Source of the DNA: Octopus bimaculoides
Taxonomy: Eukaryota
DNA length: 32,922 bases
Direction of reading: 5' to 3'
NCBI RefSeq assembly: GCF_001194135.2
Contig: NC_068981.1
Location: 69,965,560 to 69,998,481, forward strand
Part shown: in pieces, positions 1-10,538 of the stretch
Numbering within the stretch: the stretch's first letter is position 1
Layout: every line of letters starts with the position of its first letter
The notes under the pieces: generated by a model
What the model was told of the DNA's origin: nothing
Seen by the model: the letters and a program-made list of their open reading frames with translations, nothing else
Database searches by the model: none
Translations under genes and position numbers: made by a program

Positions 1-220
1 ATACATATACATCCCTCTCTTTTTCTCTCTCTGAAAGTATCTGTCATTACAGTATCGAAATGTGATTGTTTCAGTTAGTGGAATAGTTTCATTTTTAAGG
101 TGAAAATATTTGACATGAGTGTTTTTGTTTCACTTTTGACACGTAATACTTAGATAGTGGAGGAGATATTATGTTGCCGTGGGCTCGAACTCTGTAAGAA
201 TTAAAAAACATTTCTTGACT

Positions 221-297
221 AAAACACAACTGGAACAATAAGTAAGGCATGTGTAAAATTTGAATGAAATTGGTTGCGTAGTTCTCGAGTTTTAGGG

Positions 298-340
<43 letters not shown>

Positions 341-376
341 CAGACAGACACACAATCTCATTTTTATATATATAGA
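221..376 (-). mobile_element. Probable 5' end of a non-autonomous Helitron/DINE-1/Lep1-like element carrying a microsatellite
   Basis: Minus strand reads A|TCTATATATATAAAAATG, then a (TGTC)/(TG)n tract, then AACTACGCAACCAATTTCATTCAAATTT. A TC start after A followed by an internal microsatellite matches non-autonomous rolling-circle elements. No 3' hairpin/CTRR end was found, so the left boundary is approximate. Confidence 0.4.
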
Positions 377-472
377 TTACAAACATACTTAATAATTCGC
401 ATGTTATATACCTGTGTCATTGCAATTCATAATCCAGTCCGAATATATATTGATATATATACATTCACACAC

Positions 473-476
<4 letters not shown>

Positions 477-552
<76 letters not shown>

Positions 553-604
553 ACACACACACACACGCATACATACATACATACATGCATACATATATAT
601 ATAT
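477..604. repeat. Compound microsatellite (TC)n-(CA)n-(CATA)n-(TA)n
   Basis: Read directly from the sequence. Confidence 0.95.
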
Positions 605-761
605 AGCAAATGAAAGACGGAAGATGGAATATGCGAGAATTTATTGGCCGTATCAATATTTTTATTGATTTGGTTACTCATATCGATAACACTTCTAAAT
701 CCTGAGTATAGTACTCATTTTATTTCCCAACTTCTCGAACCGCTATTTTAAACAACACAAA

Positions 762-1419
762 NNNNNNNNNNNNNNNNNNNNNNNNNNNNNNNNNNNNNNN
801 NNNNNNNNNNNNNNNNNNNNNNNNNNNNNNNNNNNNNNNNNNNNNNNNNNNNNNNNNNNNNNNNNNNNNNNNNNNNNNNNNNNNNNNNNNNNNNNNNNNN
901 NNNNNNNNNNNNNNNNNNNNNNNNNNNNNNNNNNNNNNNNNNNNNNNNNNNNNNNNNNNNNNNNNNNNNNNNNNNNNNNNNNNNNNNNNNNNNNNNNNNN
1001 NNNNNNNNNNNNNNNNNNNNNNNNNNNNNNNNNNNNNNNNNNNNNNNNNNNNNNNNNNNNNNNNNNNNNNNNNNNNNNNNNNNNNNNNNNNNNNNNNNNN
1101 NNNNNNNNNNNNNNNNNNNNNNNNNNNNNNNNNNNNNNNNNNNNNNNNNNNNNNNNNNNNNNNNNNNNNNNNNNNNNNNNNNNNNNNNNNNNNNNNNNNN
1201 NNNNNNNNNNNNNNNNNNNNNNNNNNNNNNNNNNNNNNNNNNNNNNNNNNNNNNNNNNNNNNNNNNNNNNNNNNNNNNNNNNNNNNNNNNNNNNNNNNNN
1301 NNNNNNNNNNNNNNNNNNNNNNNNNNNNNNNNNNNNNNNNNNNNNNNNNNNNNNNNNNNNNNNNNNNNNNNNNNNNNNNNNNNNNNNNNNNNNNNNNNNN
1401 NNNNNNNNNNNNNNNNNNN
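762..1419. other. Assembly gap; others at 2626-2875, 5010-5019, 14463-14715, 20250-20620, 22480-23130, 25944-26193, 28182-29112
   Basis: Runs of N. Most are flanked by (AT)n, (CA)n or (TG)n, as expected where contigs break at microsatellites. Confidence 0.98.
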
Positions 1420-1749
1420 CAGTATTAGGACTTTTTCAGTTTTCTGTGTGCTACTGCTGAAAATAGTGAGCTTTATATTTGGACGTCTAAAATTATTTTC
1501 CATTCAAAGTCGTATTATTCTGAAACTACCAAAATACAATTTTGAAATTGAAAAGCAATTTTATTCAATAGATTTTTTTTTTTTGAAGCTTAAAGATTTC
1601 AAACATAAAATATTATTTAAAAAATACTTTTTATGCTCCAACATTTATTAATGGAAGCTAGCTGGAAATTTGTAAACATGGCAGATGGAATAGAGCCTGC
1701 AAACGCGCGTTCAATAGTATGGAATTGTATTATAGATAGAAAATATTAT

Positions 1750-2290
1750 TACTTAAAAAGCACGTGCATGACAGATGTTTAGTAATTCTGAGATTCCATA
1801 GTTAATTGATTCAGAGGTTAGAGCATAGTTGTTTATAAGTGTATTCAAGTTATAATAATATGAGTTTGTCGTTCAATATTTTTTATCTCTCATTATTGAA
1901 AATGCATTCTGTTCATTGAATGGTTAGTAAATGGCGTCAAATGATTACTGTTATACACATAATGCGGGAGGGGGAAAGGATCCTAACGGAGCTTCCTGCA
2001 TTCTAAATACAATTACGACAGAGTATCATGTATGTAACATAGAGATTTAGAACTCTTCATACAATTAGTAAACAAAATATTTTTGAACGATGTCTAAAAT
2101 CTTAGAACAGTAATATGTTTACTGTGAAAGCTGTTTCCTCTTTATAAATAGTATGGCTTGCCTCTTGATATAGCTTCTCCTGCACTATTGCTTTGTAAAT
2201 CACTCGATCTCTATCACCTAGCTTTCTGTTTCTCAATATATTTGAGAGGTGGTAACAACCATTAAAACCGGTAGCGTCTATACTTTTATA
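1750..2290 (-). mobile_element. Possible very old LINE reverse-transcriptase remnant
   Basis: Minus strand gives faint, correctly ordered echoes of RT motifs: KPYYL..EETAFTVN (cf. PLYL.F.DYEKAFDSV) and APLGSFPPP (cf. GVPQGS.LSP). Many stops and frameshifts. Confidence 0.25.
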
Positions 2291-3039
2291 ATTTTTTATA
2301 ATTCTTTTTCATTGTAGCTTGTAGAAAATTCTATTATATGTGCAAATATATTCATTTGGTGCACACGTAATTATTCATTTTTCTATTACTTATTGCTCGT
2401 TAGCCACACAAGTAGATGCGCTGCCAAAGATTTTCTACTTGAACAAACTCTTAAATTTTATATTTTCAGCATATAATATTGCACGAACTGCAATGTCTGA
2501 TATGTTTATCTAAGACGATAGGGCCCTGAGAAAAGGAAATCCACTGCACACAATCTCTCTCTCCCTCTCTCTTTTCTCTCTTTCTCTCTCACTTCCTTTC
2601 TCCCTATATATATATATATATATATNNNNNNNNNNNNNNNNNNNNNNNNNNNNNNNNNNNNNNNNNNNNNNNNNNNNNNNNNNNNNNNNNNNNNNNNNNN
2701 NNNNNNNNNNNNNNNNNNNNNNNNNNNNNNNNNNNNNNNNNNNNNNNNNNNNNNNNNNNNNNNNNNNNNNNNNNNNNNNNNNNNNNNNNNNNNNNNNNNN
2801 NNNNNNNNNNNNNNNNNNNNNNNNNNNNNNNNNNNNNNNNNNNNNNNNNNNNNNNNNNNNNNNNNNNNNNNNNNNACAGAAAATGGAGTTACAAGGAAAA
2901 TGACGATTCTTAAAACATAAAAGAGAACGCAAAAGAAATAGGTAATCTTGTTTTATTAACTTAATTAACTTAGAGATGAGACGATTTGTGCTCGGGGAAG
3001 ACGATGGATCGGGTAGGGGACGGAAAGAGGTGCAGAAGC

Positions 3040-3205
3040 TGGAGGAGGAGGAGGACGACGAGGAGGAGGAGGAGGAGGAGGAGGGGGAGAAGGAGAAGGA
3101 GCAGTAGGAGAAGGAGCAGGAGGAGAAAGAACAGGAGGAGAAGGAGCAGGAGGAGAAGGAGCAGGAGGAGAAGGAGTAGGAGGAGAAGGAGCAGGAGGAG
3201 AAGGA
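3040..3205 (+). repeat. Purine-rich (GAG)n tract and ~15-bp minisatellite (GAGGAGAAGGAGCAG)n
   Basis: Read directly; lies just after the transposase C-terminus. Confidence 0.9.
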
Positions 3206-4490
3206 TTCTTTGGAAAGGCAGTCCCCTTCGATGAAGTGTTCACAAAGAACAATTTCTGGCGTTTTCTCTCCCAGTTCGCTTAAATTAAGCTTTTTGGACA
3301 CACTCTCTTCACCTTTCACACTTGTAGGTCGCTTCATTATGGATCTTATCGAGAGAAGTCTGCTTTTCCATCCTTTCAAGATGATACGAAAATGCGTCAG
3401 AGCAGTGTAATTAAATAAACTAGCTGCGCGACCTGTAAATACATTGTCATGTGTAAATATTTCTACAAATTCAGAAGCCTACTACCACTAGCGCTGCCGT
3501 TATGTCACTCGTAGATATAACTTTCTCCGCCAAACTGTCCTCCACTGGGAAACCAATTTCTTCCACCGCATACGAATGCTGATCCTCCTGAAGATGGAGG
3601 AGTTCATCTGTCACCAGTTCTTCTGAGTGTTCCTTCACGAAATTGTTAATGTCCCCAACGTCAAACTCGAGTCCCATGGACTTGCCTAGCAACACTATCT
3701 TCGCGACTACAAGTGTCTCGGACCCAAACCCCGCGAAGACACTTTCGGATACGCAGCCAGGCCACAGTTTCCTCCAGGCAGAATTTAGCATATTCCTCGT
3801 TAAAATCTGCCAGGCCATATTGATGATTTTCCAGGCAGTTACCAATATTGTAGTGCTCGTTTCCAAAACTCACGAATGGTTAGATTTGTAGTTTTGGTGA
3901 CTTAAAAGCACCGACGAAAGACGTGTTTGGTGTACAATTTATCAAAATTAGAAATAAGCTGTTGGTTCACGGGTTGTAATATAGGAGGTGGTGTTGCATG
4001 AAAGGTGCAGAACTTTTTATGAATTTAGATTCGTCTAATATATCCTCTTTGAGATTAAGAGGATGAGCAAGAGCATTGTCGTGATGAGAAGAACCTTGAC
4101 AGGAAGATCGTTCTCCAGAAGGTACATTTCCACAGCTGGTCCGGAGACAAGGTCGACCCACTCGGTGAAGAATTGTCTGGTGACACAGGCTTTACTGTTT
4201 GCCCTCCACATGACCTGCAGCTTCCCTTTCAGGGTTTTTGTGCAACTTGAACGCTCGTGGGTTTTTGCACTGGTAGACAAGGAGTGGTATAATCTTGGAA
4301 TGCTGAAGAAACCCTTTACTCTCGTAACGACCTTGATCTCGTCCTTTTTCTTCAGTCTGGCGCAGATCTTTAACGTGTTTCGGTCGTATTGACATGTTAT
4401 GTCTAATACACGCATTCCTCTCTCGTGTTTATTAACGATTTCCTTCTGCAGTTCTATCGTAATCAGCTTTTATTTCTCCTTCTCGGCAAA
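3200..4490 (-). pseudogene. Tigger transposase pseudogene (ORF-track pieces 4035-4415, 4192-4395, 3967-4161, 3471-3866, part of 2510-3379)
   Basis: The fragments concatenate in the correct order across several frameshifts. The CENP-B HTH and the start of the DDE domain are missing. Confidence 0.85.
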
Positions 4491-4649
4491 AAACACACAA
4501 AACTAAAAAAGAAAAAGCACTCGGAGAAACACAATATGGATGCTACTACAACGAGATAAACTTCGTAAATGAGAGAGCAGAAGCTGCGCTTGTTAGGAGA
4601 ACGTATGCAAGCTCAGCGCCGACTAGCAATCGCTTGTACGAAACTCATT

Positions 4650-4830
4650 CAGCTCTATAGTTAAGAGATGATGAATTTTGAACATTATTTACATTATTAC
4701 ATTCGACAGATATATGTCCTCATCTTTGTTAATACGTTTCAGCTGATATACCCTCCAGCCTTCATCAGGTGTCTTCGGGAAATTTCGAACATGGGTTCTC
4801 ATTCCTAAGGTATTTTTCGATGTTGTTAAT
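4650..4830 (-). mobile_element. Short PLE-type terminal-repeat remnant (family A) carrying a hammerhead motif
   Basis: Contains CTGATGA-stem II-GAAACGTA on the minus strand. Minimal type-I hammerheads are established features of PLE terminal repeats. No coding sequence; boundaries approximate. Confidence 0.55.
4728..4773 (-). ncRNA. Hammerhead ribozyme motif, type I, minimal stem III, canonical core; stem I decayed
   Basis: 5'-ACAC CUGAUGA A GGCUG-GAGGGUAUAU-CAGCU GAAA CG UA-3'. All core nucleotides are present and stem II has 5 bp with a G.U closure. The 3' arm of stem I (UUAAC) pairs poorly with ACAC. Confidence 0.65.
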
Positions 4831-5239
4831 ATTTATATATATATATATATATATATGGGAGAATATACAAATAATAACAACAGACGAGGACAGGTGGTGT
4901 AAATAACAAAAGTATATATTAGTATGACGCTCGGGAATACGGAAAGTCTTTGACGTTTCGAGCTACGCTCTTCAACAGAGAGAATAAGGAGACAAGGAGA
5001 AAAACACGGNNNNNNNNNNCATGGGTTCTCATTCCTAAGGTATTTTTCGATGTTGTTAATATTTATATATATATATATATATATATGGGAGAATATACAA
5101 ATAATAACAACAGACGAGGACAGGTGGTGTAAATAACAAAAGTATATATTAGTATGACGCTCGGGAATACGGAAAGTCTTTGACGTTTCGAGCTACGCTC
5201 TTCAACAGAGAGAATAAGGAGACAAGGAGAAAAACACGG
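4790..5239 (+). repeat. Exact 220-bp direct duplication (4790-5009 = 5020-5239) around a 10-N gap
   Basis: The two copies are identical, including (AT)n length, with a 230-bp offset. Confidence 0.9.
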
Positions 5240-5270
5240 AGAAAAAAAATTGAATAGTGTTCAGTCAACG
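4856..5270 (-). mobile_element. Short PLE-type remnant (family B) with variant hammerhead; appears twice because of the duplication across the 10-N gap
   Basis: Aligns by eye with 10999-11125 (GACAGGTG...ATTAGT...GCTCGGGAA...CTTT.ACGTTTCGAG...GCTCTTC.ACAG). Confidence 0.6.
4947..4983 (-). ncRNA. Hammerhead-like motif with variant core CUGUUGA (identical copy at 5177-5213)
   Basis: 5'-UCUCU CUGUUGA A GAGC-GUA-GCUC GAAA CG UC|AAAGA-3'. Stem II has 4 perfect bp, stem I has 4 of 5 bp, and position 6 is U instead of A. Confidence 0.6.
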
Positions 5271-5296
5271 GTCAATCATAATAATATATATATATA

Positions 5297-6058
5297 GTGC
5301 CAAAGGAGTTTGCCCAAGAGCATAGGTGCAATCGGATGGAGATCTGTGAGCGACTACTCAGCCTTACAAACTTTACAACAATTTTGGGAAATAATCCCCA
5401 CTGAGGATGAGATCCGTGTCCATCATTTTCAGCCAGAATTCAAAATGTAGAGCAAGGGGTAAAAGCATACAAAATTGCCTGGGGAAACATTTTCAGACTC
5501 AACTTCCGCAGAAGAAGTGATGCAAACCGTTTCTAAGATGCAAAAGGACCTATGCCAGAATATTATCTAGAAAACGGCTCTACAGTCACTAATGTATACT
5601 AGAGTGAAATGCTAGCCAGAGGAACAGAAACTGGCAAGTTGCACCAAACACCGAGATTTTTGTCACACAAATGGTGCACTAAAATGCACACCCACATACG
5701 ACTGCCCACGTACGACTGCTACTAGAACCATTGAAAAATTGGATTTTGAGTTTCTGAAACATCCTGATTACAGTCCTCATCTTTCTCCTTTCGACTATCT
5801 TTTCTTTCAATCGCTCATACAAGCTTTGTAAGGCTATCGATTTGCTGCGAACGAAGAAGCGGAGAAAGCGGTACGTAAATGGCCACAAAACTAGCTGAAG
5901 AGCTTCTTCGATCGTATAACCAAGCTTGTGTTTCACTGGCAAATATGCATCAAAATCCAAAGAGACTGCGTCGAATAATAATGTAATTGTTCAAAACCTG
6001 TTTTCTTTTAATAAATTACAGAAACAAAATTGCGTATAACCTTTGACTTACCCTCGTA
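5297..6058 (+). mobile_element. mariner (Tc1/mariner, DD34D type) 3' half with right TIR, inactive
   Basis: VPKEFAQEH (WVPHEL motif), IPTEDEIRVHHFQPE (first D), SAEEVMQTVF*DAKG, NAHPH (second-D region), HPDYSPHLSPFDYLFF (YSPDL motif and third D), RFAANEEAEKAVRKW. Ends CTTTGACTTACCCTCG+TA. Many stops. Confidence 0.9.
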
Positions 6059-6739
6059 TTTGTCAGACGACTCCCTCTCATAAAGGCACACTCTTTATTT
6101 AATTCGTAAATTGGCTCGTAATCTAGTTCATACATTGGTTCGTTTTCATAGAATTTTCACTTGACACACTAAATTTAAATGCTATTGTATTTATTGAAGA
6201 AATCAATGAGGTGGACAAACTTACACAGAATTATTCTGTGGTCATAAATATCTGCTATTCGCTTTAATCTCAATCAAGTTTATATGGTCGTTTCATGTTT
6301 CCCGTGCTATTTATCAACGCTTAGATCGGTCTGATTAAAAAGTTCATTGCTTACCTTAGCCACGCTGACATGACACATCATTTTTTACAAGAAGGTTTTC
6401 ACATTTTTTCACATGCAGAAATGGAAATAGATGCCAAGACATTAATGGTACATAAGAAATTGCAGAAAGAGGCAATCAGATGACATTAATGAAAACACGA
6501 GTGCTTTAATCGTTTACTCAGTTATATTTACAAATGAAACGTTTACATTTTGCTTATACTATAATCCATAATTTCCTTTATATTGATATATATTTATAAA
6601 GCAGCCTATATCATTTGCGAAGTGGTGAACATCTGATGAGTCATGAAGTATACATTTCCAAACAATAATAAACCAACTCTAAGACGAGAATACTTTCATT
6701 CGGAATTTTGATAATTTATCTTGGATATTTTAGAAAAGT

Positions 6740-7900
6740 TGGAGAAGCTAATTGTGTTTCCCATCAGAACTCCACGTGTTAAATCTGAATGGTCTTCACG
6801 CATAGGATTTACTGATTATGTTCTCGTTCTTCTTCACTCATGAATTGCGACTGTAAGAGATACCTCCGTGTTTTTTCCACCCAGAGTCCGAGAACAGGAT
6901 TTAGATTGAACTATCTCCTGCGATACACCGAAATATTATGCGTGGAGGTTAATGGAATTTAATAAACACAGTCACGCTCCTGGGGATTAAAGATTATAAT
7001 CATAGAAAAATCGAAACAACATATTTTTATTCGCCAATTAAATTATTTTATTGACTGGCGTGTTAATAACTTATAAATCAAAAGCAACATATAATTTCCT
7101 AACAATTTGGAAATCATAATTTTGTAACTTCTAAGGATATTACTTACATCCGTTCATATCAGCAATTTTCTATGATTTTTTTTACGGAGGATTTCGAAGA
7201 TTATTTCACGCAAGTATATTAATAACCGAAAGAAAAGCTGCAAATGATGTGTTGGTTCACAGTAAGGAGGTTATGGGATATTTAACTATCTCCATTTTAC
7301 CAGCGCATTGTTTAGGTATTCTGAAAATATATTGATGCATTGACACATACAATGCATTCTCGTATCAGTAATTCAAATTACCCACAGGTGACTAAATATT
7401 GATCTCTTTAATGGTCATAATAGACATGCATCAAATGACTTCTTGATATGAAACATTAGTTCATTTCCAAGTCATTTATACACAACATTAATTACATCTA
7501 TTCAACAACTTTATTTAGAATGGCATAAATGTGTGATAGTTACCTAGATACAGGTTGGCAGCTTCTTATATAAAGAAAACCAATCACGAAGACGTATACC
7601 TAATGCAATTAAAATTCGCTTGCTCTGTACAAGATATATCAATAAATTTATTACCCTTATAAATTATATATACATACAAAAGAAAGTTAGGTTCATGAAG
7701 GCATTCGGTATAATCAGTACAGTATACTTCACCATTTTGTGCAGGAGGTTATGATGGGTCACTAAGTAAAATACTAAATATTATTTATCTCAGCTTATTC
7801 TACAGAAAATAAGCAATGTTTCATGTGCTCAAATTATAATAAGCCATAAGTCGTAACTACTTTGCACGTATCTTCCATTTAATGCCATATGCTTTCTAGC
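6740..7900 (+). mobile_element. Possible very old LINE remnant (APE to RT)
   Basis: Faint ordered echoes: RLNYLLR (cf. QIDYIL), EWHKCVIV (cf. DWRK.VIVP), RFMKAFG (cf. GFM.GR.T). Heavily decayed. Confidence 0.2.
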
Positions 7901-10142
7901 ACATCTTAATTCTCTTCGTCAGAGAACAAAATAAATCATTCGGAAGATTCCACTCATTATCTACATTGCAATTACCAGTTGTAAACCGCTTCTTGGAGAG
8001 AAGGCACCAATTGACTAAATGCATTACAGTGCATAGTTAAATCAAGCCGATCCAAGTAGGTAACTTGTGATGCTGATATTTGGAATTTATTTTCTCTCTG
8101 TTAGTAATATTCATTTTATAAGTGATAAACGTGTCTATCATAGAAAATATAATAAATGTTTTATGACATAATACTATACTGATATCAGATATTGCATTTT
8201 GTTTCTGCTTTTAAACATTCCATTTCCTTAATGACATGTTGTCAATCATTTAACAATTTACAACAATAACTCTTTTTTTGTTTTTTCACTGTATTAAACT
8301 TCAGTTAATGCTATCGCCAAAATATTTACTTTACTGAAGAAAATTTGGCATCAGTCATCGAAATTATTAAGCATATATTTCTACTCGACTAATTAAAACA
8401 AAATATTTAACAGATTCGAAGTAGCTTTTCCATTTGCCCTCTACGTAATTTCCCATAGGATACAGGTTACATTTCGATTAGTAATAATGTGGTAATCCAT
8501 CCTGAATCAGTGGAATGTAGATCAATTAACACTTCACTTCACCTTAGGTCATTATGATTTCTTTAGTAGCCATAAGAACAGCAGCATTCTCGGATACGCT
8601 GAGTACATGTCAATGCCAATATTTTGTCTGGTGTATTAAGTTATAAGCTAACATCTAAGAATAAATAAATTAAACTAGTTATGATTACAGAACCATATGT
8701 ACATGGTTATATACAGCATATAACGGCCTCGGTTCTCATATCATAACAGGTGGACTCTATAAGACAATAAAGTAGTTAATGTAATCTGATCCGCATTTAA
8801 AGAGGATTAGGTATCAGAAAAGGCCATAACTTTCAGAGACAGTTTACATCTATGAATTTGTTTTACCGAAAATAGCTCTTATTTAAGTACTTACTGAGAT
8901 GTAAGTTAATGTTTTATTATATTATTATTGCTAGAATATGGCAGCTTGCATTCATAGCCCTACACATATTAGTGGGCTACCTATTCATAAAGTTTCTTCA
9001 TAATTTAACTGGCTTTTTTATGGGTTCATATGCTGTTGGCTCTCCACCTATCTCGTTGCAAGTTATTAGACACAAGCATTATTTCGTATCAACGAAAGAT
9101 AGAAATTATACTTTAACTCTAAATTTATGCATGTATAGTTGTCATTTGAATTTCTAGAAGGAATAACCTAAGGCTGCAGATGATACAAGCAATGTATTCA
9201 AAATCCTGTTTAGAATCTATCAGCGATCGGGTGTCTCTTTTACCTTGCTCACACGTTACTCTATTCATTTTCCTCCTTGGCTTGCACACCAACGTAGTTG
9301 TGACTTAAAGGAATAATGACTGTTTACAGTAGTGAAAACTTTCACTTGGGAATTTATATACGTTATTTGATGTCTTGTCTTAGATCATGATATGTGATGC
9401 CTGAAAATATTCTAATAAACAGAGCTTCGATATCATCAACGACATCACTGAGTAGAAGGAATAAATTTATTATTGAAACATGACTATTAGTAATTTTATA
9501 ATATTCAACGTGATTGTGCATTTCTACAGTTTCAACTGTTTATTCTTGTTCTCTATAAGAAATTTACAGTCATACAACATATTTAATCATTAGTCAAAAT
9601 ATGTAATAAAGTTGTGGAAATGATTTTGCACGTTAGTAACTGGTTCACATTTATATTTCCTGGCTAGCGAATATAATCTTCATTTAATGTGAATAGCGAA
9701 ATGACATCTTTGCAATTCTATCTGCTAAATAACAGGCAGTTTCTTACCCCACCTACCATGTACACCATGCGTGTGTGCGTGTGCGCGCGCATACGCACTC
9801 ACACACATACATGCACAACCACACACACATGCACAACCACATACAGAAATATATAAAATGACATGAGTAAATATCTATTATGAAAATAAAGGTAAGGAGT
9901 ACGGACATTTACATATCCATATCTTATTATACAGTATTGCACCATTTTTCCCTTGGACCTAAGCGCATGCTTACGTCTACCAGAAAAATGCTGCAAATAA
10001 CTGTATAGTAAATTAATATGGATATGTAAATCTCCGTTCTCCTGATCCTTATTAATATCATTATTTTCTCTACGGAAACTATGCAGTACCTAAAACAACA
10101 TCCGGATATACCAAGGAAGGATAACAACCAAGTCAAGTAAAT

Positions 10143-10373
10143 AATTTTTATTTCTTTATTTTCCACAGGGGGCTAAACAGAGATGGGACAAACAAGGACA
10201 GACAAGGGGATTAAGTCGATTACATCGACCCCAGTGATAAACTGGTACTTATTTAACCCACACCGAAAGGATGAAAGGCAAAGTCGTCCTCGGCGGAATA
10301 TGAATTCAGAACGTAACGGCAGTCGAAATATCGCTAGGCATTTCGCCCGGCGTGCTAAAGTTTCTGCCAGCTC
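10143..10373 (-). mobile_element. tRNA-derived SINE, near full length
   Basis: Minus strand: A-box-like TGGCAGAAACT, degenerate B-box GAATTCATATTCC, core CTTTGCCTTTCATCCTTTCGG...AAATAAGTACCAG...CTGGGGTCGAT, and an A-rich tail. Homologous to 13108-13262 and 24901-25085. Confidence 0.85.
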
Positions 10374-10506
10374 ATTACTAGCTCAGTTATTACCAATATT
10401 CGCTGTGGCTAGCCGGCATTGAGAATCGATCTAAGAGTTCGCACGTTAAAAGTCCGGATTATATAACCCTTGAAACCATTTTTGGAGACACACACATAGA
10501 TATATA

Positions 10507-10538
<32 letters not shown>

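Larger units (their letters stand above)
2876..4649 (-). mobile_element. Tigger/pogo (TIGD1-like) DNA transposon, internally deleted and inactive
   Basis: N-terminal HTH_psq-like LITIELQKEIVNKHERGMRVLDITCQYDRNTLKIC (~4350-4470). DDE_1 motifs PLLVYQCKNPRAFK, KLQVMWRANSKACVTRQFFTEW and VLLI-HDNALAHP. C-terminal AWKIINMAWQILTRNMLNSAWRKLWP...EHSEELVTDEL. Frameshifted; TIRs not seen (left end lies in a gap, right end abuts a PLE remnant). Confidence 0.9.

Noticed and set aside
2986-3234. Protamine-like Arg-rich ORF and the antisense Pro/Ser-rich ORFs
   Set aside because: They are translations of the GAG/AGG minisatellite inside a Tigger remnant, and every frame is low-complexity.
4790-5239. LTR pair or CRISPR-like repeat
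   Set aside because: There is no internal region, TG...CA ends or spacer series. The copies flank an assembly gap in eukaryotic DNA.
6633-6690. CTGATGAGTC...GACGAGAA hammerhead-like words
   Set aside because: GAGA replaces GAAA, the loop is ~40 nt and unstructured, and there is no stem I or III.
10290-10373. tRNA gene
   Set aside because: The A/B boxes belong to a SINE head, no cloverleaf forms, and the sequence continues into the SINE core.
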